Origin: Bacteroidota bacterium
Lineage (GTDB): Bacteria > Bacteroidota > Ignavibacteria > Kryptoniales > JAKASW01
DNA: 64,000 bases
Direction of reading: 5' to 3'
Assembly (NCBI GenBank): GCA_021812985.1
Contig: JAKAMG010000014.1
Coordinates: 12,817 to 76,816 of the forward strand
The notes below the pieces were generated by a model that was given only the letters and a program-made list of their open reading frames with translations, did no database searches and had not been told where the DNA came from. Of the stretch, positions 1-8,905 are shown piece by piece. How positions within the stretch are numbered: position 1 is the first letter of the stretch; every line of letters starts with the position of its first letter. Position numbers and translations under genes: made by a program.

Positions 1-2
1 CG

Positions 3-281
3 TTCGTGATAGAAGACCTGGCCCGCCATAGAATAAAGAGGCTAAAAGTCTCGTTCAGGGAACACCCGTCCGTTCATCCCCTTCCCGAACCACTTAACGA
101 ACCAACTGGGTTGGATACTCCGCCTGTCGAAGCCGAAGTGGCTGAAGTCAGGGAAGTTGAGGCCGCAGTTGAACAACCTCGAAAGACTGCCCGCAGGAGT
201 GCTGTCCGCAAGAAAGGGGTTTCAAGGAAGGCACCTAAATCCACCGGTGTTCGCGCGAAGAAGGGGAGTAAGAAGAGTTGA
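3..281 (+). CDS. 3' end of a gene truncated by the window edge; Lys/Arg-rich C-terminal tail, function unknown
   Basis: The frame is open from the first bases of the window (..FVIEDLARHRIKRL..) to TGA at 279-281. The stop overlaps the trpC TTG start. The 92 visible residues match no family I recognise. Confidence 0.4.
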   Translation, partial: FVIEDLARHRIKRLKVSFREHPSVHPLPEPLNEPTGLDTPPVEAEVAEVREVEAAVEQPRKTARRSAVRKKGVSRKAPKSTGVRAKKGSKKS

Positions 282-1078
282 ATTTCCTTGAGACCATCGT
301 CAGCAGTAGAATGGCGAGCGTTGAAAAGGCCAGGAAGGAATTGTCACTGACTGAGCTGATGGAGCGAGTGGAGGGAGCGAGGCCGCGAAACGACTTCGGG
401 GCGCGGCTTCTTCGGACAACGGGAGAGCCTTTAAAAATCATCGCGGAAATAAAGAGGGCATCGCCCTCGAAGGGATTGATTGCCGGCGGCATAAATCCTG
501 CCGACGTGGCCCGTGAATATCTCCAGGGGGGCGCATCTGCAATTTCGGTCCTGACGGAGGAATCATACTTCAAAGGTTCTGTCTCTGATTTTCAACTTGT
601 CCGCGGAACGGTTCCTGAGATGCCATTGCTGAGGAAGGATTTCATCGTCGACGAATATCAGATATATGAATCGGTACTTATAGGGGCGGACGCTATACTT
701 TTGATAGTCGCCGCTCTCGATCACAACGCTCTTTCAAGGTACATCGCCCTGTCTGGTCAACTCGGCCTTTCCGCGCTTGTTGAGGTTCATGCTGAGGAGG
801 AGCTTGACGCGGCCTTATCGGGAGGCGCAGCCATCATCGGCGTGAACAACAGGAACCTGGTTACATTTGAGGTATCGCCAAAAGCATCGGAAAAAATAGC
901 GGCTCGGATCCCCCCGGGAGTCGTAAGCGTAAGCGAAAGCGGAATTTCCGGCCTAGAAGGGCTCCGTGCGGCCGCCGAGTTGGGATATCACGCCGTCCTG
1001 ATAGGGGAGCATTTTATGCGCGCCACTGACAGAGCCGGCGAGGTACGAAAATTGGCTCGTCAGGCGGGGGCACCATGA
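278..1078 (+). CDS. trpC: indole-3-glycerol phosphate synthase
   Basis: 266 aa with the N-terminal LETIVSSRMASVEKARKE helix and the EIKRASPSKG motif typical of TrpC. It sits next to trpF and trpB. The TTG start overlaps the upstream stop. Confidence 0.9.
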   Translation: MNFLETIVSSRMASVEKARKELSLTELMERVEGARPRNDFGARLLRTTGEPLKIIAEIKRASPSKGLIAGGINPADVAREYLQGGASAISVLTEESYFKGSVSDFQLVRGTVPEMPLLRKDFIVDEYQIYESVLIGADAILLIVAALDHNALSRYIALSGQLGLSALVEVHAEEELDAALSGGAAIIGVNNRNLVTFEVSPKASEKIAARIPPGVVSVSESGISGLEGLRAAAELGYHAVLIGEHFMRATDRAGEVRKLARQAGAP

Positions 1079-1133
1079 TGGCACACCGCGGCATGGGGAG
1101 TCGTCTGGGCCTGCTTCTAATCTCCTCTCTCTT

Positions 1134-1760
1134 ATGTTCGTAAAGATCTGCGGCATAACGAACATTCGCGACGCGTATTTATGCGCCGAGGCGGGAGCAG
1201 ACGCGATCGGCCTGAATTTTTATTCCGGGAGCAAGCGCTTCATACCGTTTGACGACGCCGCTTCCATCGTGCGCGAGGTCGCCGCTTACGTAACCACTGT
1301 CGCGGTAATGGTCAGGCCGACTCTGCCGGATGTGCTTCAGGCGTTCGACGCCACCGAGGTCGATGCCGTTCAGGTCTACGAGCCGCAGTTCGCACTGTCG
1401 GACTTCGATCTCAGAAAAATGATTTATTTTTCAGTCCGCGTGAAAGACTCGGATGACGTAAGGTCCGCATCCGTTATCGGCGCGGACCTGATATTCCTCG
1501 ACGCGTTTAAGCAAAACGAATTCGGGGGGACCGGCGAGCTGTCGAAATGGGATGAGATAGTCAGGAGCGGCATCGACCTGACTTCGAGGTTTGTGATTTC
1601 AGGCGGCCTGACTGACGCTAACGTGTGCGATGCAATAAGGACACTCAGACCGTATGGCGTCGACACGGCATCGGGTGTCGAGGAGAGCCCGCGCAAGAAG
1701 GATCATGACAAGGTCCGCAAGTTCATATCAAACGCAAAGCAATGCAGAATCGGCGGATGA
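1134..1760 (+). CDS. trpF: phosphoribosylanthranilate isomerase
   Basis: 208 aa starting MFVKICGITN, the characteristic TrpF N-terminus, in a trp gene context. Confidence 0.9.
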   Translation: MFVKICGITNIRDAYLCAEAGADAIGLNFYSGSKRFIPFDDAASIVREVAAYVTTVAVMVRPTLPDVLQAFDATEVDAVQVYEPQFALSDFDLRKMIYFSVRVKDSDDVRSASVIGADLIFLDAFKQNEFGGTGELSKWDEIVRSGIDLTSRFVISGGLTDANVCDAIRTLRPYGVDTASGVEESPRKKDHDKVRKFISNAKQCRIGG

Positions 1761-1823
1761 ATTGTCTTCCCTCACCTGGGGATCGACGCCGGTTGCATAC
1801 GGCTTGAAAACAGAAAGCTATCC

Positions 1824-3044
1824 ATGAACGACATACAAGAAAAAATTGCCAGCTATTATGCTCTCCCTGATAAGAGGGGTCACTTCGGGAAATACGGAGG
1901 TTCTTACATTCCCGAGACTCTTGTCGAGGCCGCGAAGGAGCTCGACGTGGCGTTCGAGGCGCTGAAGGACGATAAAGAGTTCAATGAAGAATTCGATTAC
2001 CTTCTTCAAAACTATGCCGGCCGACCCACTCCGGTTTTTTTCGCCAGGAACCTGAGCGATAAGTATGGGGCACGGTTCTTTCTCAAGCGCGAGGACTTGC
2101 TCCACACCGGCGCGCACAAGATCAATAACACGATAGGGCAGGCGCTACTCGCTAAGAGGCTGGGGAAGAGCAGGATAATAGCTGAAACTGGCGCAGGTCA
2201 GCACGGAGTCGCGACAGCCACCGTCTGCGCACTCCTCGGGCTCAAATGCGTTGTCTACATGGGCGAAGAGGACATGCAGAGGCAGGAGCCGAACGTGTTC
2301 AAGATGAGACTTCTCGGAGCAGAAGTCGTTCCAGTCATGACTGGTACAAAGACTCTCAAGGAGGCTACGAGCGAAGCGATACGTGACTGGGTCACCAACG
2401 TGCGTGACACCTTCTATATCATAGGCTCCGTTGTGGGAATGCATCCTTATCCGAAGCTGGTCAGGCATTTCCAGTCAGTCATAGGAAAGGAATCCAAGAA
2501 GCAGTTTGCCGAGCTCTACGGGAAGCTTCCCGACTACGTCGTCGCGTGCGTCGGTGGAGGATCGAATTCCATCGGGATGTTCCATGAATTTGTGAGGGAC
2601 GCCGGACGCGTCAACCTCATTGGCGTTGAGGCTGCCGGAGAAGGGCTCGACACCGGAAAGACTGCGGCGTCGCTCACGCTTGGCAGGCCTGGTGTTCTTC
2701 ACGGATCCATGCAGTACCTCCTCCAGGACGAAAACGGGAATGTTCTAAACGCATACTCTGTCTCCGCGGGCCTCGATTACCCCGGCGTCGGCCCTGAACA
2801 TTCCTACCTCAAAGATTCCGGGCTCGTCGAGTACGTCTCGGTGACGGACCAGGAGGCGCTGGATATGTTCGTGGAGCTTTCCCGACTCGAGGGGATCATA
2901 CCGGCTCTTGAGTCGGCTCACGCGGCTGCTTACGCGGCAAAACTTGCCAGTGCACAAGGGAAGGGGAAAGACATCCTCATCAATCTTTCCGGTAGAGGCG
3001 ACAAGGATCTCTTCAGCGTCGTGAAGAGGCTCAAGCTCAGCTGA
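1824..3044 (+). CDS. trpB: tryptophan synthase beta chain (TrpB1 type)
   Basis: 406 aa with HTGAHKINN (PLP lysine region), [10 protein letters not shown] and the ETGAGQHG motifs. Confidence 0.95.
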   Translation: MNDIQEKIASYYALPDKRGHFGKYGGSYIPETLVEAAKELDVAFEALKDDKEFNEEFDYLLQNYAGRPTPVFFARNLSDKYGARFFLKREDLLHTGAHKINNTIGQALLAKRLGKSRIIAETGAGQHGVATATVCALLGLKCVVYMGEEDMQRQEPNVFKMRLLGAEVVPVMTGTKTLKEATSEAIRDWVTNVRDTFYIIGSVVGMHPYPKLVRHFQSVIGKESKKQFAELYGKLPDYVVACVGGGSNSIGMFHEFVRDAGRVNLIGVEAAGEGLDTGKTAASLTLGRPGVLHGSMQYLLQDENGNVLNAYSVSAGLDYPGVGPEHSYLKDSGLVEYVSVTDQEALDMFVELSRLEGIIPALESAHAAAYAAKLASAQGKGKDILINLSGRGDKDLFSVVKRLKLS

Positions 3045-3349
3045 CAAGGCTGTAGGCTGTTTACAGGTAGAGAAGGACTGGATCGCGGAGGAAAAATCCG
3101 GCCCTATGGCAAAGCGGAAGTTGTCGGTAAAAATGGCGATTGTGCGCGTGTCTGGGGTAATTCACCGCAATTTGCCAGGGCGAGGCCAGTTTCCGTCACA
3201 AAAAGGGGGATTCTTTCGTGGCACGATTGATGTATGTTTAGGGGGTGTCGAGATTTTGACGGCTCTTCCTGCGATGCAGGGTCCTGACAGCTTTCAGATA
3301 TAGCTGCGGGACAAGGAACTTTATCTCCGTATATGTTGTCTGTCAATTC

Positions 3350-3380
3350 TTGATTTTAGCTCAACCGACTTTTAAATTTC
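3350..3380 (+). promoter_or_regulatory. possible FCB/Bacteroidetes-style promoter for the nuo operon
   Basis: TTG at 3350-3352, then 20 nt, then TAAATTTC at 3373-3380, which resembles the -33 TTG / -7 TAnnTTTG architecture. It lies ~90 bp upstream of nuoA. Pattern match only. Confidence 0.2.
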
Positions 3381-3465
3381 GAGCGAAAAATTTTTGCTGC
3401 AGATGCCGGCGAGAACCAATCCACATCTTCCGGTAGTCGTCGTCCATAAAAGGAGTTAATGACGG

Positions 3466-3930
3466 ATGCTTTCTCAATTCGGAACGGTACTCTTGTTCTT
3501 TATCGTCTCGGCGATGTTCGTCATTGCCGGGATGTTTTCGGCAAGATTACTCAGGCCAAATAGACCCAATGAAGAAAAGCTGAGTACCTACGAATGCGGT
3601 GAGGAACCGATAGGAGAATCGTGGGTCAAGTTCAACATCAGGTTCTACGTCGTAGCGCTGGTCTTCTTAGTCTTTGATGTGGAAGTGGTCTTCCTCTTTC
3701 CGTGGGCCCTCGTTTATCAGAAGCTCGGCATGTTTGCTTTCATCGAGATGATGATATTCCTCGCTATTCTTGTAGCGGGGTATGTGTACGTCTGGGTGAA
3801 AGGAGATCTGGACTGGGACAAGCCGCGCCCGCGCTACATCGATTATGTTCGCAGCAAGCTCTCCGAGGGACAGTTCGCCGGCATGTCTGAGGAGGGGGAA
3901 ACCAGCGTCGCCAATACCGAGGCTAAATAA
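3466..3930 (+). CDS. nuoA: NADH-quinone oxidoreductase subunit A
   Basis: 154 aa with three TM segments and the YECGEEP motif. First gene of the nuo cluster, with RBS aaaggag upstream. Confidence 0.9.
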   Translation: MLSQFGTVLLFFIVSAMFVIAGMFSARLLRPNRPNEEKLSTYECGEEPIGESWVKFNIRFYVVALVFLVFDVEVVFLFPWALVYQKLGMFAFIEMMIFLAILVAGYVYVWVKGDLDWDKPRPRYIDYVRSKLSEGQFAGMSEEGETSVANTEAK

Positions 3931-4460
3931 TGGGATTGCTTGATAAACAGTTCGAAGACGGAAATATAGTCGTCACTTCTCTGGATAACCTCTTAAACTG
4001 GGCGCGTCTCTCGTCGCTCTGGCAGATGCAGTTTGGTCTGGCATGTTGCGCGATCGAGATGATGGCCGCCTCCGCATCTCACTTTGACATGATGCGCTTC
4101 GGCGTGATCCCGCGCGCCACTCCTCGCCAGTCTGACGTCATCATCATCTCTGGCACCGTCACGCTCAAGATGGCCACCCGCATCAAAAGGCTTTATGAGC
4201 AGATGGCAGAACCGAGATACGTTATTTCTATGGGCTCGTGTTCGAACAGCGGCGGCCCTTACTGGGAGTATGGTTATCACGTGTTGAAGGGAGTCGACAG
4301 GGTCATACCGGTGGACGTTTACGTGCCGGGATGTCCTCCGAGACCTGAAGCGCTGCTTGAGGGACTGATGAGGCTTCAGGAGAAAATCAGACGTGAGAGC
4401 AGGGTAAAGAAGAACCAGCAGGACATTGCCCAGCCTCCTGAAGAAATCAGAGTGGTTTAA
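3930..4460 (+). CDS. nuoB: NADH-quinone oxidoreductase subunit B
   Basis: 176 aa with the [17 protein letters not shown] and VPGCPPRPE Fe-S (N2) motifs. The start overlaps the nuoA stop. Confidence 0.95.
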   Translation: MGLLDKQFEDGNIVVTSLDNLLNWARLSSLWQMQFGLACCAIEMMAASASHFDMMRFGVIPRATPRQSDVIIISGTVTLKMATRIKRLYEQMAEPRYVISMGSCSNSGGPYWEYGYHVLKGVDRVIPVDVYVPGCPPRPEALLEGLMRLQEKIRRESRVKKNQQDIAQPPEEIRVV

Positions 4461-4464
4461 ACGA

Positions 4465-4944
4465 ATGAACGCGAACGAAATAAACGAGAAATTGAAGAGC
4501 GGCTTCCCGGAGGCTGTCGTTGAATTCAAGGCTGATGCAGTCACGGAGCCTTATATAGTCGTTCGACCGGAATCGGTACGCGACATCGCAAAGTTTTTGG
4601 CATCGGATCCGGAATTGAAGTTCGATTACCTCATGTCGTTGTCCGGCGTTGATTTCAATGACGGCAACATCGGGGTCGTGTACCATCTTTTTTCCATGGA
4701 GAAGCGGCACCGCATTGTCGTAAAGGCAAAGGTATCCAAAGAGAATCCGGAGATGCCGTCAGTGGAATCCGTCTGGAAGTCGGCCAACTGGCATGAGCGT
4801 GAGGCCTTCGACCTGTTCGGCATCGTCTTCAAGGACCATCCTGACTTGAGGAGAATTCTCCTGCCGGATGATTGGGAAGGCTATCCACTCAGGAAGGATT
4901 ATAAGGTCCAGGAGTATTATCGCGGAATGAAAGTACCATACTGA
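4465..4944 (+). CDS. nuoC: NADH-quinone oxidoreductase subunit C
   Basis: Contains the ANWHEREAFDLFGI motif. I prefer the internal ATG at 4465 (MNANEINEKL), just after the nuoB stop, over the ORF-track start at 4426, which overlaps nuoB. Confidence 0.85.
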   Translation: MNANEINEKLKSGFPEAVVEFKADAVTEPYIVVRPESVRDIAKFLASDPELKFDYLMSLSGVDFNDGNIGVVYHLFSMEKRHRIVVKAKVSKENPEMPSVESVWKSANWHEREAFDLFGIVFKDHPDLRRILLPDDWEGYPLRKDYKVQEYYRGMKVPY

Positions 4945-5059
4945 ATGCTGGCGGTCGTTTCTTCTGCTTCGATCTTAATAGCCCCCGCTACGCGGGACTG
5001 ATCCCCCAAGGCTTGTGAACACGAAATGATTAGTCTAATTGCAAACTATAGAGGAATGA

Positions 5060-6178
5060 ATGGCTGAGCTGCGTACCGAAGAGATGGTCCTTAATATGGG
5101 GCCGCAGCATCCGTCCACTCACGGTGTGCTTCGGGTTGAACTAGTTGTCGACGGAGAGGTCGTCGTCGATGCCGTTCCGCACATAGGTTACCTTCACCGG
5201 TGCTTTGAGAAACATGCCGAGGCGATGAATTATCAGCAGATAGTCCCGTACTGCGACCGCATGGACTATCTGGCGTCGATGAACAACGATCATGCCTACG
5301 TCCTTGGTGTGGAGAAGCTCCTCAACATACAGGTGCCTGAGCGTGTTGAGTATATCCGTGTAATAATGGCTGAGCTCCAGCGCATCGCGAGCCACCTCGT
5401 AGCGGTTGGGACGTATGGCCTTGACATCGGTGCTTTTACTCCGTTCCTCTTCTGCTTCCGCGACAGGGAAATGATACTCGACCTTTTCGAGAACGTATGC
5501 GGAGCAAGATTGCTATATAACTACATGTGGCCCGGCGGGCTTTCGCATGATCTGACTCCGGGGTTCATTGAAAAGACCAAAGCCTTCATCAAGCACTTCA
5601 GACCCACGATCAAGGAACTGAACGATCTCCTCAGTTACAATGAAATTTTTGTCAAGCGCACTGCGAATGTCGGAGTCCTTCCGGCGGACGTCGCAATTAA
5701 TTACGCCGCGAGCGGTCCTACCCTTCGCGGGTCCGGAGTGAAATGGGACCTTCGCAAGGATGACCCGTATTCGGTTTACCACAAGTTCGACTGGGACGTG
5801 GTTGTCGGGACGGGCGAAGTCGGGACGCTCGGAGATTGCTGGGACAGATATATGGTGCGCGTCAGAGAGATGGAGCAGAGCCTTAGAATCATTGAGCAGG
5901 CTCTTGACACGATCCCTGACGGTGATGTGCAGGCGGCGATTCCGAAGAGGATAAGGCCCGTGGCCGGCGAAGTTTACGTCAGAAGCGAAACACCGCGCGG
6001 GGAACTTGGATATTACATAATCAGCGATGGCGGCCAGAAACCCTTCAGGGTGAAGGCGCGTGCGCCATCGTTCGTTAACCTAAGCCTTCTTCCGGAGATT
6101 TCGAGAGGTTATCTGATAGCGGACCTCGTCGCAATCATAGGAAGCGTGGACATCGTCCTCGGTGACGTGGACCGGTGA
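5060..6178 (+). CDS. nuoD: NADH-quinone oxidoreductase subunit D
   Basis: 372 aa with [14 protein letters not shown] near the N-terminus and a conserved C-terminal ..[12 protein letters not shown]. Confidence 0.95.
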   Translation: MAELRTEEMVLNMGPQHPSTHGVLRVELVVDGEVVVDAVPHIGYLHRCFEKHAEAMNYQQIVPYCDRMDYLASMNNDHAYVLGVEKLLNIQVPERVEYIRVIMAELQRIASHLVAVGTYGLDIGAFTPFLFCFRDREMILDLFENVCGARLLYNYMWPGGLSHDLTPGFIEKTKAFIKHFRPTIKELNDLLSYNEIFVKRTANVGVLPADVAINYAASGPTLRGSGVKWDLRKDDPYSVYHKFDWDVVVGTGEVGTLGDCWDRYMVRVREMEQSLRIIEQALDTIPDGDVQAAIPKRIRPVAGEVYVRSETPRGELGYYIISDGGQKPFRVKARAPSFVNLSLLPEISRGYLIADLVAIIGSVDIVLGDVDR

Positions 6179-6223
6179 AAACTTTTAATCTAAAATCCAG
6201 GATCGAAGATCGTCGATACCAAT

Positions 6224-7246
6224 ATGCATAACTTTATTACTCAGTATTTAGGGACGGGATTTCTGGGAGGGCTCCTCTCTGCGGTTCTTCCGCTCCTGTT
6301 CATCCTGCCGTACGCTCTTGTGACCATTTGGCTCGAACTCAAGATATCAGCGCACATGCAGGACAGAGTTGGACCGATGAGGACGGGAAAGTGGCACGGT
6401 TGGGCGCAGCCTATCGCAGACGTCACCAAGCTCATCCAGAAGGAAGACATAATCCCCGCCGCGGCTGACAAGGCTCTTTATCTGCTTGCTCCTGCATTGG
6501 TGTTTACCGGGGCTTACGCCGCGTATGCCGCGATTCCTTTCAGCCCGGCGTACATCGGCGCTGACATCAATCTCGGAATCTTCTACATCGTCGCGGTCAG
6601 CGCGATAGTGGTACTCGGCATTCTCATGGCCGGGTGGTCGTCGAACAACAAGTGGTCGCTCCTGGGCGCGATGAGGACGGCGGCACAGCTCGTCAGCTAT
6701 GAAATTCCATCGTCTCTCGCCATACTTGCCGTAGTGATGGTTGCGGGAAGCTTTAACCTAAACGATATTTGCGCCGCGCAAAGCGGATGGTTCTGGAACT
6801 GGTTCGTGTTCGGCAAGTTCCCGTTCCTCTTCATCACTTTTATAATTTACTTCATCGCGTCGCTCGCCGAGACGAACCGCGCCCCGTTCGATATTCCTGA
6901 AGCGGAGTCGGAGCTCGTGGCGGGCTATCACACGGAATACAGCGGAATGAGGTTCGCGTTCTTCTATCTCGCCGAATACGGGAACATGTTTGTTGTTGCC
7001 GGCGTGGCGGCGGCGCTCTTTTTCGGCGGATGGAACAGTCCTTTCGGCGTCTACCTGAGCGGTCCCGTCTGGGGCGCCTTCTGGATGATCAGCAAGGCCA
7101 TGGTCCTTGTGTTTGTCCAAATTTGGCTCCGTTGGACTCTGCCGAGATTCCGCGTCGACCAGCTTATGTACCTCAGCTGGAAAATCCTGACGCCTTTCGC
7201 GCTCGTGAACATCTTTGCCGTTGGACTCTGGGTGGTGTTGCGCTGA
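6224..7246 (+). CDS. nuoH: NADH-quinone oxidoreductase subunit H
   Basis: 340-aa polytopic protein with the RVGPMR..G..QP.AD and [19 protein letters not shown] motifs. It follows nuoD directly, with no nuoE/F/G between. Confidence 0.95.
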   Translation: MHNFITQYLGTGFLGGLLSAVLPLLFILPYALVTIWLELKISAHMQDRVGPMRTGKWHGWAQPIADVTKLIQKEDIIPAAADKALYLLAPALVFTGAYAAYAAIPFSPAYIGADINLGIFYIVAVSAIVVLGILMAGWSSNNKWSLLGAMRTAAQLVSYEIPSSLAILAVVMVAGSFNLNDICAAQSGWFWNWFVFGKFPFLFITFIIYFIASLAETNRAPFDIPEAESELVAGYHTEYSGMRFAFFYLAEYGNMFVVAGVAAALFFGGWNSPFGVYLSGPVWGAFWMISKAMVLVFVQIWLRWTLPRFRVDQLMYLSWKILTPFALVNIFAVGLWVVLR

Positions 7247-7989
7247 TGAATGGAGACTATCAGATGAATCCGGTAAGCAGATACTTTAGAAATATATGGA
7301 GGGGGTTCTGGACCGTCCTGGTCGGGATGAAGGTGACTATGAGGCACCTCTTCACTCCGGCCGTGACTGTGCAATATCCGGACGCCCGAATGACCATTCC
7401 CGAACGCGGCCGCAATAGGTTGTATGTCAACATGGACGATTGCATCGGCTGCAATCAATGCGGAATGGCCTGTCCTGTGGATTGCATCACGATCGAGACA
7501 GCTAAATCGCTCCCCACAGAAGATCTCGGAACGACTTCTACTGGCCAGAAGAAGAGACTTTGGGTAACAAAGTTCGACATAGACTTTGCGAAGTGCTGCT
7601 ACTGCGGCCTTTGTGTTCCCCCCTGTCCCACGGAGTGCATATACATGACTGATGTATATGAGTTCTCCGAATATGACAGGAGTAAGCTGAACTACAGTTT
7701 CATAACGCTTTCGCCGGACGAAGCGGCTGCCAAGGTTGAGCAGGCAAAAGCAGCGGAGCGTGAGGCCGCGGCGAAGAAGGCCGCCGCCGCCGCGGCAGCA
7801 GCGGCTCAGAAGGCTGCTCAGCCCGCACCCGTACCTGCTTCAGCTCAGGCCCAAAGCCAGCCGCAATCCACTGTGCCTGCGACGAAACCGGAGACACAGC
7901 AGGCCTCTCCGGCCGCAGCTCCCGAGCCTTCAAGGGATAACGGCGCGGAAGCGGACAAAAATGTCAGTCTCAAAGAGAAATCGGAATGA
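7246..7989 (+). CDS. nuoI: NADH-quinone oxidoreductase subunit I with a long low-complexity C-terminal tail
   Basis: Two 4Fe-4S ferredoxin motifs (CIGCNQCGMACP, CCYCGLCVPPCP). ATG at 7246 overlaps the nuoH TGA (ATGA). The ORF-track start at 7030 lies inside nuoH and is rejected. Confidence 0.9.
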   Translation: MNGDYQMNPVSRYFRNIWRGFWTVLVGMKVTMRHLFTPAVTVQYPDARMTIPERGRNRLYVNMDDCIGCNQCGMACPVDCITIETAKSLPTEDLGTTSTGQKKRLWVTKFDIDFAKCCYCGLCVPPCPTECIYMTDVYEFSEYDRSKLNYSFITLSPDEAAAKVEQAKAAEREAAAKKAAAAAAAAAQKAAQPAPVPASAQAQSQPQSTVPATKPETQQASPAAAPEPSRDNGAEADKNVSLKEKSE

Positions 7990-7990
7990 A

Positions 7991-8497
7991 ATGAACTGGT
8001 ACGATATACTTTTCTACGCGTTTGCGCTGATAACTGTCGTAAGTGCTGCCGGCGTGGTCCTTTCCAGAAACATAGTTTACGCCGCGTTCTCTCTGCTGTT
8101 CACTTTCTTTGGAGTGGCTGCTCTTTACGTCCTCCTCTCGGCAGACTTCCTGGCCATTACGCAGATTCTTCTCTATGTGGGCGGTGTCCTCGTCCTCATA
8201 GTCTTTGGAGTCATGCTTACAAATAGGGCGAACAAGGTCGAGGTGAAACACGGCGGACTTACGCTGGCACCGGCCGTCCTCGTCGCTGGAGTGATCGCAG
8301 GGACGTTGATAGGCGTGTTGACCACGACAAAATGGCCTGCCGCCTCCTTTGAGCCGTATGAGGAGACCGCGCGTCCGCTCGGCGCTCTCCTTATGACGCA
8401 GTTTGTTCTTCCTTTTGAATTGGCGTCCGTCCTTCTGCTTGTCGCGCTGGTCGGAGCGGTAATCATCGCCCGCAGAGAGAAAGCGAGGAGGGTTTAA
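7991..8497 (+). CDS. nuoJ: NADH-quinone oxidoreductase subunit J
   Basis: Hydrophobic NuoJ-like sequence from MNWYDILFYAFALITVV. ATG 7991 lies just after the nuoI stop; ATG 7961 is an alternative. The 7736 ORF-track start is an Arg/Pro-rich read-through of the nuoI tail in another frame. Confidence 0.85.
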   Translation: MNWYDILFYAFALITVVSAAGVVLSRNIVYAAFSLLFTFFGVAALYVLLSADFLAITQILLYVGGVLVLIVFGVMLTNRANKVEVKHGGLTLAPAVLVAGVIAGTLIGVLTTTKWPAASFEPYEETARPLGALLMTQFVLPFELASVLLLVALVGAVIIARREKARRV

Positions 8498-8500
8498 GCA

Positions 8501-8815
8501 ATGACCGTTCATGTCGGACTTACCCAATTTTTGGTCGTGAGTGCCATTTTGTTCTCACTCGGGATTTTCGGTGTGATGACGAGGAAGAATGCGATAATGG
8601 TACTCATGGGCATCGAGCTCATACTGAATGCCGCTAACATAAATTTCGTCGCTTTCACGCGCTTCGGCCTTATGAACCTCAGCGGGCAGGTCACTGCTGT
8701 CTTTGTGATCATACTCGCGGCCGCCGAGGCGGCGGTACTCCTGGCCATTGTCCTGAACATGTTCCAGCAGATCAATACCGTGAACGTCGATGAAGTCGAC
8801 AAACTGAAGAATTAG
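8501..8815 (+). CDS. nuoK: NADH-quinone oxidoreductase subunit K
   Basis: 104 aa, three TM segments, GIELILNAANINFVAF motif. Confidence 0.9.
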   Translation: MTVHVGLTQFLVVSAILFSLGIFGVMTRKNAIMVLMGIELILNAANINFVAFTRFGLMNLSGQVTAVFVIILAAAEAAVLLAIVLNMFQQINTVNVDEVDKLKN

Positions 8816-8905
8816 GACGTACTCTGGCGTGTCCGGATGTCGAGTGCCTCGCCTCCGGAGGTTGCGCAGTTCAAGATTTGAAATTCAAAATTGAGAAATT
8901 AGAAG

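Noticed and set aside
3088-3125. gcggaggaaaaatccggccctatggcaaagcgg resembles the universally conserved RNase P RNA CR-I region (GGAGGAAAGTCCGGGCTCCATAGGGCA), and the 420-bp gap is about the right size for RNase P RNA.
   Set aside because: The invariant AGTCCGGGC is altered (aatccggcc). The matching P4 3' strand (ACAGAAcCCGGCTTA) is absent downstream; only acagctttcag is found there. I found no other conserved RNase P blocks either. It is most likely a chance resemblance. A covariance-model scan would settle it.
3104-3346. Overlapping 80-aa (minus) and 65-aa (plus) ORFs in the trpB-nuoA gap.
   Set aside because: The two mutually overlap, lack RBS motifs and resemble neither TrpA nor any family I recognise. 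The region is treated as non-coding pending a search.
7030-7245. N-terminal extension of the nuoI ORF. A similar Arg/Pro-rich extension of nuoJ lies at 7736-7990.
   Set aside because: Both extensions lie inside the preceding genes in other frames. Both begin upstream of the conserved N-termini, which start at ATGs placed right at the upstream stop codons (7246 and 7991).
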